The translations under genes were made by a program, and so were the position numbers. A model generated the notes under the pieces. It was given only the letters and a program-made list of their open reading frames with translations. It made no database searches and was not told the origin of the DNA. A stretch of 63,812 nucleotides of DNA, filler included, from Folioceros fuciformis (Eukaryota), in NCBI GenBank assembly GCA_049999805.1. It is 4 parts of 4 records of this genome, joined end to end, with 100 filler letters (N's around TTAATTAATTAA, not from the genome) between each part and the next. Parts side by side here need not be neighbours in the genome. Positions count along the whole stretch, not along the records: positions 29,273 to 52,699 come from JBNGIO010005798.1; 3 more parts are not named here. One strand, given 5' to 3'. Numbering within the stretch: position 1 is the first letter of the stretch; the number at the start of each line of letters is the position of its first letter. Shown piece after piece: positions 40,170 through 50,300 of this stretch.

Positions 40170-41300
40170 TCACGAGACGCAACCGAGCTCGGAGTCCCAG
40201 ATAACGGTGCCATCGCATTTGCACAACGTCTTCCTCAGCTGCCCCACAGTCTGCCCTGCACATCTGGCAATCACAGCCGCTGCGATCCCGTCGCTGTGGT
40301 TCACTGTCTGGTAAACGACGATGGATCTCCCAATCACATCCGACACGCTTAGCCGGTTGCTCGTCGATGAGTATTTAGCATGGCCTCGTGAGTCCGCATC
40401 CAGGGTTCCCAGCTCTCCAGCAGCCGTTTCCTTTTGCTGTCCCACGATTGCGCTTTTAGGGTCGGGATTGAAGGGCCCGCCTGTGCTGGTCGGACCCCGA
40501 GTTAGGTCTCCGAATTCGTTCAAGCTCCAGTGGTGTAATCCTGGTTGTAAGCCATCGAACGTGGCCTCTATACTTGTCACTTCCTTTGTCACCTGGATGA
40601 GATGAACAAGCCCGTGGACAACCGGGCCTTTAAACTCGGCAACTGCCACTTTCAAGGCCCCTGTGTCTGCCACAACACGAAGGGATTATGGTGTCCGTTC
40701 CGTAGACAACCGTGCTCTGCATTCAATGTGAACAAGCTTGAGTCAGACGTTGGAGTTTTACGTTGCGGAACTTACAGCTTCCGGCCAAGTGGTTTTGGTA
40801 ATCCGGAGCAGCGCATGCAGAGGGCTGGCTTGCCAGGATGGTCTTGCAAGCCATGAGCTGCGCAATACCTTGCCTGTCTGTGTTCTTGCTCTGAGCTCGC
40901 ACTGGCACAACCTAGAATTTTATGCCAAGCACGGGCACAGTTCAGGCTTACAGTGATAAAGGCTACGACCCGGCAGTATGCACCGCACCACCTTCAAGCC
41001 GTCTTCAAACGGTTTTCTAACCACATTTCACGCACACTTCACTCCTACAGCCACAATTGAACTCAAGGACTCTGCGAATGGATCTCGAAAGGCCAACTTA
41101 CGACCGAATCCGAACTACTCAGCATCTGCCGATTACAAAAAAAGCAGCCATACGAGACAAGCAACAGAACCAAACGATCGAATGAACCAAGTTGTGTCAT
41201 TGGCATCTCCGGTTTACCATGTCAGGAAACAGTTTGGTGCTTCCCTTGGGCTCCACAACGAAGTTGCTGGCGGAACCAACAGCGTGGCCTGATGATAGCT
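40170..41300 (-). CDS. CCS: Copper chaperone for Cu/Zn SOD: intact SOD-like and CxC domains (40170-~40667); upstream HMA-domain region apparently disrupted
   Basis: VAVAEFKGP...IEATFDGLQPGLHHWSLNEFGDLTRG...IGRSIVVY...AAVIARCAG...LCKCDGTVIWD. The region near 40990-41045 resembles the HMA exon only with frameshifts. Confidence 0.75.
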
Positions 41301-43014
41301 GCATGGTAAACGACCTACTATACAGACCTGCAGGCCGGCAGATATTTACACACATTCATACATATGCAAAAAGCCTCACGAATTTGCATCCGCCAGCAGA
41401 AGAGTCCCTCGCACAACCAACAATTTCTGCAGGGTGTTCTTGCAGCAGAAGTTTGCGACTGAGCAACTCTAGTTTCGTCCCGTAGGAAGAAGATCCCGTC
41501 AATGCGACCAGTTGTTGGCAACAGCAGACTTCGCAGCCCAAACGAGTTCGCCAGCGCAGAGTACTCCGGAGTCCCTTCCAGACACCAAGGCGAAGAATGA
41601 GAGTACGAGCGTATACGAGGCAAATATGTAGGAGCTCAATGCACGACACCAGCTCCGTGTCGTACAGACGCGAAGTGCCCATGGGAGCCTGCATGTACTG
41701 GCAGCAGTACAATAGTTTCCCAAGAGACTGAAAGCCCAACCGATGGAGCAAGGATGTCGTCATCCCATCCCTGACAAATCATATACATACTGTAGGAACC
41801 CCAACGGCCGTTAACACCAACTTGCCAGGTTACAAGGGTTTTCTAGTTAAGTACTTTTCAAATTAGGCTCTATTAGGGCTTCACTTTTAGGGTTAGGGGT
41901 TCCGATTTGTGCGTTCTTTGTTAGTGTTAGCGAGTCGCGAAGATAGGCTCCGCCGAATTACTGTACATTCAGCAGCCGACCGACCGCGATCGATTCTCCG
42001 AGGACAGATTGGGATTGCATCTCCACATGAAGCCGACCACGGGAGCAAGACAAAGCCTGATTGCGAACCTCCAGGCCTTAGCGAGGCTGATTATTTATTT
42101 CCACATCTACTAAAAGACAAGCCTGATTTGCGAGCATGCGAGCCTTAGAGAGGAAGGTTCGAGCACATAATACAAATGGTTGAGTCATTTTTCAGTGACC
42201 TAGGATGTGATAATTTGAATGGTTGGTCGTATGGCTTAAACCTTAGCATGTAGCATAGATCCAAACCTTGTAGTCCTGCAAGGCCTATATATCTTATCCA
42301 TGCAGTTAGAAGCCAAGGTTAGAAGCCAAGGTCACTGAAGCTTTGCTCGGCAACAGCTAAGTATGACCTTGTAAGAAACATGATGTTGTTCAATAAGCTT
42401 CAAAGTGTATGCAATGTATCCACATCTTAAACCCAAAGGCCAAAAGATATCACACAAAATATCACATGATGAGTCCGATATTTAATATATTTATAGCTAA
42501 GTTTCATAATAATACATAATATTATATATAATGCAGTAGATAGTTTTTGAAAATGATATTTGTAAGAGAGAGTACTTCTTTTTGCCTTTAGCGCAAACAG
42601 GGTTGGGTTGTTCCTCCGATCTTTGGAGTAGATGGGACTTTCCATCTCTTTTTCAATCATAGAAAACTTCATATATAATCATCATATAATCTAATCTAGA
42701 AAAATATTAAAATGTTCATGGAAGAAAATGGAAAATAGATACAAAGGCATAGACTTTGAAGTTCTATATTCCATAATTGGACATTTTTTAGAAAGCTCTG
42801 GAGTAGGGAACTTGAGGGGAGAGTTACAGCATGTATGTATGTATGTATGTGTATATATACAAGCCATCATGGCTTGCCAATTGCCTCTTATGAGGACTCA
42901 CACACCCATTAACCTTGGCTTATGTATGAGGTGAGAGGGAGACCTTGGATCACGTAGAGTGCTAGCATCAGAGCACTCATAAAGTTATAATTCACACTCA
43001 TGGAGTTATAAACA

Positions 43015-43198
43015 TGGGCTTGGTGTGGCTACAATCACTCACCCAATATAAAAAGTTCAGCTCGAGATCTTGGGCTTGGTGTGGCTACAATCACTCACCC
43101 AATATAAAAAGTTCAGCTCGAGATCTTGTCATAGCACTGTTAGCTCATCATCAAGTTATCAGCAATACACGCTCATCATCAAGTTATCAGCAATACAC
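43015..43198. repeat. Two exact tandem duplications: 56 bp x2 (43015-43126) and 28 bp x2 (43143-43198)
   Basis: Seen directly. Confidence 0.9.
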
Positions 43199-43506
43199 AC
43201 ACGAATCAATGCATCGTATTAGAACAATTAGTAGGAATGTCCCAAGCACACCAAGCAAGTGGACATCCTAGCTTGCTTGCTGTATACACTTAGGGCGAGC
43301 TACTGGTGGGGCAGCCCCTCTATCCCCCCTTCATCAGCTCCAAAAGGGACATCATTGGCATGGATTTCTGGATCCATGGCACCTAAGCAGCAATGAAAAC
43401 CAAAAACCAGAAACCAAGTCCTAACATGTTCATGTTATTTGCTAATACATTTTCAAGTGGACAGATCTCAGTGGTAAGCGAAACAATCACTTGGTCAGAA
43501 AATCCA

Positions 43507-43655
43507 ACACCCAAAAACTAAGATAGGAGCAAAGCAATCACCTGGTCAGCACACCCAAAAACTAAGATAGAGCATCTCCTCCAAAAACTAAGATAGGAGC
43601 AAAGCAATCACCTGGTCAGCACACCCAAAAACTAAGATAGGAGCATCTCCTCCAA
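43507..43655. repeat. Higher-order tandem repeat built on CCAAAAACTAAGATAGGAGCA (4 cores, two alternating spacers)
   Basis: Seen directly; spacers AAGCAATCACCTGGTCAGCACAC and TCTCCT alternate. Confidence 0.85.
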
Positions 43656-43967
43656 CCAAAAGGTTAGCTGTAGAATAGATTTCAAAAAGAGTATGTGGGC
43701 AAACTTACTGAGCCATGTAGCAGTAGCCGGTCTTCCTAAAGGCACCAGGGTAACAAGGAGTCAACCAAGGAGAGGGCTAAGGGATCAACAGGAGGGGGAG
43801 GGGATGCAAGCTAAGAGTGAAGGACCACCAAACTGTTCTAGGTATAAGAAGAGGAGAAGTTAAGACAAGAACCAAGCGTTGCACAAGGAGTGCATAATGG
43901 GACACAGTTCTTCTTGATGGTTAGAACTTGGTGGCAAAGCTGCAACATGGTGGTAGAGTACGTTAAC

Positions 43968-44100
43968 AACTCCTTAGCATCTAAGGAGCCGTTAATTCCA
44001 TCATTGCGCAACCTTAAAAGATTAAAGCCCTAACCTCCTTAGCATCTAAAGGAGCCGTTAATTCCATCATTGAGCACCCTTAAAAAATTGAAGCCCTAAC
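43968..44100. repeat. ~66-bp tandem duplication, each unit starting with a CTCCTTAG-CAT-CTAAGGAG hairpin
   Basis: Two slightly diverged copies seen directly. Confidence 0.85.
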
Positions 44101-44262
44101 CCACTAGCTGGCAATCCGGTGTAAGCGATGCTTTTATCACATACATACATACCAAAGTGTATGTATGTATGTACTCAGAGTCGCGACCTTGGAGCAAGGA
44201 CCCTGGCTCCAGCTCTCGCCGTTCCACAAATGTCATACAAGGCTCCGAGATCTGTATTTCGC

Positions 44263-44285
44263 TAGGGTTTCCCTTGCTAGGGTTT
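44263..44285 (+). promoter_or_regulatory. Two telo-boxes (TAGGGTTT) upstream of NOL6
   Basis: GCTAGGGTTT occurs twice within 100 nt of the ATG. Telo-boxes are established promoter/5'UTR elements of plant ribosome-biogenesis genes. Confidence 0.7.
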
Positions 44286-44360
44286 AAGGCGGGGTTGTAG
44301 ACCCCTTGGCTATTGCCTGTAGCGTTTGGAGCTGCCGCAGCCAGCTCGCTGTGCGAAGGA

Positions 44361-47300
44361 ATGGCGGAGTTCTCCCTGGGTGAGGGGAAAGTCGGGGAAC
44401 TTCTCAGTGAAGTCAGGGTGGATTACACCAAGCTGAAGCCTCTGAACGATGCTGTCGCGGCGCTGCGCGAAGTTCTGCTCAGTTTGCCTGAGCAGCAGGT
44501 ATTTGCCGATGCATTTGGGTATCGGCTTGATCTTTAAAAAGCGTCTTGCAGTTCTGCTAGGTTTTTGTGCCCATTTAAGCCGGCGTGCTCGTAGCAATCC
44601 GTTGGGGTTGTGGTGATTTGCACGTGACTATGAGCACACATATTGACTGTGAACTCTGTATGCCTCTCTTGACTGGCCTGCGGGTCTTGACTTGGTGGCT
44701 TGGATTTCCCCACATTGTCTTGTGATATGGTTGGGATGTCGGGATTGTGTATGTGCGTGTGTGTGTGTTGCCCTGAGGTGGCTTATTCGTCTGGACTAGC
44801 TCTGCCGGTGTGGAAGTCCTGTTCTTGACACTCTGGTATAGTAGTCTAGGTTCTTTAGGCTCTGATTGATTCCGATGCCGTCATACTTCCGCCAGGTTTC
44901 GGCCTCTCTGGCTCAGCAGTTTGTCAAGGACCTGGGGGTGGCAGAAAACAAAGCAAGATTTCAGTTCGCCAAGCCCGAAAGCGTGAACGTTATTGGCAGC
45001 TATGCACTGAAGACAGTCACGAAACCTAACCTGACTGCAGATTTGGCCGTACGAATCCCCAAAGTACTTCTTCATTCCTCCCTGTTTTTGTTTTGTGTTC
45101 ATGCAGATACAGTAGGCTGGGTCCTTTCGTTCTTCTACTGACTTTGAGTGTAACAGTGCTGCTTCGGGGAGAAAGACTATTTGAACCATCGCTATCATGC
45201 AAAGCGAGCCCTTTATCTCACGGTCATCCAGCGACGACTGGAAGCCTGTCAGTTTGTTGCGAGGATTGAGTGCTCGTCTTTGTGTGGCGACTTTAGGAAA
45301 CCAGTTTTGTTAGTGCACTTTGGTGGGTATCCCCAGTCCCTCTGGCTATATTGTACATTTTTGGTGTCTTGCTTTGGGATTTTCTTAATTTTAACATGTC
45401 TTTCTAGTATCCGAAGCAGGTGCTTCTCAAGGGATTGTTGTCAGGGTAGTCCCCACTATTGCAAGCAACGTATTTCTACCGTCCAAGTTGGCACTCGGTC
45501 GGAACAATGTGAGAGATGCGAAATCAGATCGTAAGTGCCTTTCTGCTTTCGAAGGTGGCCCTGCAGTCCTCAACTGCAATAGTGGCCCTCTGTTCATCGG
45601 GCGGGAGACCTCAGCCTGTGGCTTTTTCTTTCTTCTTCTTGACCAATGGTATATGTGATGTATGTTGGCAGGACAGAAGGCCAGGTTCAACCAACCCCTC
45701 ATTATAGTGCGAGTATTCTAGAGGATGCCTTTATCGAAGAACATCAGGATATTCTCAAAGACCTGCTCTCCGGTGCAGATGCTATCCGGGATTTAGTGTG
45801 TTTGCTGAAGGTCTTTGCCTCACGACTTGTCACTCTCTATCTGCCTGATCTCTGTTTTCTCGGACCTAATTCTTGTTCTTCATATATTCTAGGTGTGGTC
45901 AAGGCAAAGAGAATTTCATCTTTCTTATGACGGGGTGTCCAGCTACCTAATGACTTTGCTTGTCGCCCACCTGACTACAACTGCTGGTGGCAAGCGAGTC
46001 AAAAGTCATTTATCGGCATTGCAACTGTTTCGTATTGTGATGGATTCCATTGGTATGACCTTACACCTGGCTGTCCTTTAGTGTACAGTGTTTGGTTTTG
46101 CATTTGTTAACAACTGTTAGGTGATGACAGCCACTTCTGATATTCTGGGGAAGGGTGTTTTCTTGCAATTTGAAGAAGGTCTCCCGGTACCTAATGAGGT
46201 ATTGCTGAGTCGTGTGTTATTCTGTTTCATCTAATGAGGCTTTTGTCCTGTGGCTAACGCATCCTCTTTGTCAGAAACGACGGTTGATGGAGCAATCTTT
46301 TGAGGTTATTATTTGTGATCCCTCTGGAGTATACAACTTTGGGCACAGAGTATCAAAAAGTGCACTGGCTGAGGTGAGCTTTGTTGTATTGACCTTGATG
46401 GATCTCAGCTCCACTGTCTTACCTTTCCTTTGTGTCTCATTTATGTGTTCTCTTCCTTCACAGTTGAAGGAAGCTGCAGCACAGACTCTTGCCATTATGA
46501 GCTCTAGCAGGGACAATGGATTTCATGCAGTGTTTATGACACGCGTCGATTTTGCTGCGAAGTATGATTACCACATAAGGTTGGTGCTGATGTGCTGTTC
46601 ATCTGCTTTTCGTCTTCATAAGTCAAGACATGTTTAAATTTGACGGCGATGGACTAGAGTCACTTTTATGCCGTAACCTAATGGTATACAAAGCGCTGAA
46701 AGTCGCCAAAACTTATGGGTTTAGCTCCTCCTGGTTGTGGGGTTTTATCTCCTGACCTTGGTGTTTATCCGAACACGAATTTGTTGATCACGCCGCAACA
46801 TATCACAAGTGTGTGGGATTCTTAGGCTGTGTCTATGGCGATGGACTAGAGTCACTTGTGTGCCTGGTGTGGTGGCACATAGAGCGCTGAAAATCGCCAA
46901 CACTGTTCAGCTCAGAGATTTGTAGTGTAAAGCTAGTTTATTGCGTTTGCACTGTTTGAAGGCTGTATATTCTGTTATTCCACTCCACGAACCTCTCCTC
47001 CTGAGCTTGCTTAGTAAGAGTCATCTACAAGCTTCTTCACGTAGATTCAACTACAGTCTCAATATGTGGTCCTTGTTTCTCAAGGTCTGGAGAGTCTTGG
47101 TACGTGGTGTCTGTGGCAGTGGACTCGAGTCACTCGTGTGCCCGGTGCGGTCGCAGATAGATAGCTAGAAACCGACCTAACTGGTTATGTAGTAGAGGTG
47201 GAGGGCTTTGGCTCTGTTATTCTGCAGTAAATAGAATTCTATGTGCGTGATCAGATATTATCGTACAGCAGTTGGAAAACCCTAAAACTCGCCGTTGCAC

Positions 47301-50300
47301 ATGAATTGGTGGAATTCCCTTGAGTGGTGTCCTCGGTGGAAGTTTAGAGTTCTGTGTTGAGTCCTGTTGTTTGAATTTTGGTCCCCTTAGGTCGATATAC
47401 TGTGTGTGCGGGCTGTTCCGTATGGAGTGCTTGGGGGGGTGGGTTGTAATTATTGGCAGTTGATTCAATTTCTCGTGTCTCAGGTGGGATGCAGCAAGAA
47501 ATGCTGGATCTAACCCCTCTACTTCGCACTGTCTGGATGAAGAATCCTGGAGAATTCTGGAGCGTCGTTTTGAGTCTGTGCTGTACAGAGCATTACAGGA
47601 TAGAGTTAAGTCTGTCCGGGTGTTGCGAAGAACACTACCTAGTGGATGGGACATGAAAAAGGTCAGTGGTGAGCTTGTATGATTGCTGTAGGCCATCTTG
47701 TGTACATTTGTGTGCAGTCTTGGGCTCATGACAGGTACTTTTTAATCAGGGCCTCTCTCATGTCGACAAGGGTCCACTTTTTGCTGGAGTGATTCTGAGG
47801 GATCTTTCAACTGCTCTACGCATGGCAACGGTTGGGCCAAGTGCGGAGAGGAGTGATGAGGTAATGTTCTTGTGCCTTTGTATGCCATATACTCACCAGT
47901 ATATGGATGTGTTTTGATGATGCTTCTTCACCTTTTAATTTCTTAGTATTTACAGGCTGAAGAGTTTAGGGAATTTTGGGGTAGCAAAGCTGAACTCCGT
48001 CGGTGGCCTGATGGAACCATCACTGAAACTGCAGGTTTGAGCTTAATCGTGCTGTCTCTTAGTTCATAAGCTTGTTTTCGGTAGTTTGCATTGGGCAGGA
48101 CCACAATGAGGAAATATGAATCAACCATAGTGCGGTGTACCTGTCGAGGTTCTGTATGATGTGGTGGAAAACTCGTTGTCTGAGTGGTCTCATGTCTTGT
48201 TTCAGAAAGTTGTGTGCAATTAGGGTCTGGAAATCCGTTTTGACATTGAACCTGCGTGATAACAGCTTGGGAATGCCAACCCTGGCAGAGGCATCTAGTG
48301 ATCAGAAAGATAGTTGAGCATGTGATTACCCGCCATTTAGGAGCAGCTTTGAATGATGTACATGTTGTTGCCGGACAGCTGGATTTCTCTTTGTTGGAGT
48401 CAACAAAAGGTATCAGTTACGTGGTGCTCATTTTCCTTGCAGCGTCATTATGATCTTGCAAATCCTGATGAAGTTTACTGTTTGATAAAAGCAGATTGTA
48501 TGTCTTCAGCTTCGAAGTTGGTTGCGGCCTCAAAGGACTTGTCTGACCGATTGAGGAACTTGGAACAGGTGCCTCTGAAAGTTGTTGCGGTGCACCTTTT
48601 AAGTCCAGGTACGGGATGCGCCTCCTTGAAATGGGTATGGCTGCTAGCGTGGATGTCTGCCTGCTAAAGAATCAGGTATAATCTGACATCAGAACTTTCC
48701 AGCGTTCAGGCAAGCTGCTGTGTTTCCTCCTGAAACACATCCTCTAGCGGACGAAACAGAATCACAAACACCTCCCAAATTCTTACCCCGTTGCTTGGAT
48801 CCTTTGGAGGTTGCAATTGAGGTATGTCAGGTCATGGTTGTTTGCCTGGCATCTGATTTCAATTACTAGAATCTGGAGTGTGGAGTGAACAATGGGTTTG
48901 CCCTGTAGCTTGAAGGATCCGGTAGTTGGCCGGCTGACTTGGGTGCTGTACAAAAGATCAAAATGGTATTTCTCTTAAAGATAGCAGAAAGGTATGATAA
49001 TGTGCTGAGGCTCTCCCTTCGAGCACTTTGGCTGATCCTGAATTTGTGGTCTAACGGTTTTCTTCACCTTGCAGCTTGCAGAGAAGTTGGAGGGTGGCAT
49101 ACACCTTGATCAACAATGCGGTCGATGTCCTTATGCATGGCTTTGCCTTTCGCCTAAGCATCTGTTACGAGAAGGATCCCAGTATACTGGGTAGAACGGT
49201 GGCATTTGGTACAGCATCAGAGGACTACAGTGTGGACTACACCATGAAGCCGGGTGCGTTTGGAGCAGTCCGCCCGAGTGAAGATCTGCTTCTGAAAAGG
49301 TATCACGCGAAGCTGCTGGACAGTCTTCAGGGTTTACACCCAGTCTTTGGGCCCACTGTAAGGTCAGTTTCTACTCTGAGACGTTTTCCTTCGTTGCCTA
49401 TGCTTGGTTCTCCTGTTCCTGGACGCACTTGCACCCACTGGCTCAACCATTCTTTCTTGCATCAGATTAGCGAAACGTTGGGTGGCTGCGCACTTCCTGG
49501 GAACTGCTGTTTGTGATGAAGCAGTGGAGTTGTTAGTTGCTCACCTATTCACGAATCCTTTTCCATTCTCTCCTCCGTCCTCCCGTATCACTGGATTTTT
49601 AAGGTAATCATGGTTAGAGGTGCTTCTGGTCTGTCCCAGGCGGTGTTTGTAGTTTCTTCAGCAGGACATGTCTAGGGGAACATTACTGTTGAACACTCGT
49701 GGAAATTATGTTGATGGAGTCATGTTGCAATGATGAGAACACAGGTAATGTCGATCACGGTCTTCGGACCCGTGAAATGAGGCAAGATTACTGATAGCGG
49801 TTAGCTGAGCAACTCGGTCTTGAGGTGATGGGTTCCTGCTAGATTTGATCTTGTAGTTTGTCCTTGTTGACAAAGGAATCGTGAATGACGGATGCAGGTT
49901 TTTGAACTTACTTGCAACACATGATTGGGATCTTGTGCCCATAGTCGTGGACGTCAACAAAGACTTGTCAGTCAATGACACTGAGAGGATCATGGTACCT
50001 TCCAAGTGCGCTGGACCTGATGTTATTTTTTCAATGAACATGTGATGAAAAAGTCGTTGATTTCCTAGGATGTATGCACTGAGCAGGAGCACTTCGATGC
50101 TTTAAGGTCGGGGGAGAAGCAAGGTGAGCTGAAGGGACCACCGATGTTCATCTGTACCCCATATGATAGAGTCTCGCGAACGTGGACATTTTGTTCTCCT
50201 TCCGCCCGTGTAAGTGTGCCGTAGATGCCGTAGAACTTGTATATTTTCATGTGAACCCTCTAGGCACATTGACAAAACCTAACAGTCTGAAGGGTTTGTG

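Noticed and set aside
43507-43655. Repeat-spacer-like pattern as a CRISPR array
   Set aside because: The spacers are themselves repeated, the context is eukaryotic and there are no cas genes.
46645-46902. Hairpins as a fluoride or TPP riboswitch, or a hammerhead ribozyme
   Set aside because: Only superficial matches (GGCGATGG, CTGA, GAAA); the required cores and pseudoknots are absent. rRNA complementarity explains the conserved strands better.
47276-47289. AAAACCCTAAAAC as a telomerase RNA template
   Set aside because: It is intronic with no USE/TATA Pol III promoter visible; more simply a telo-box-like motif.
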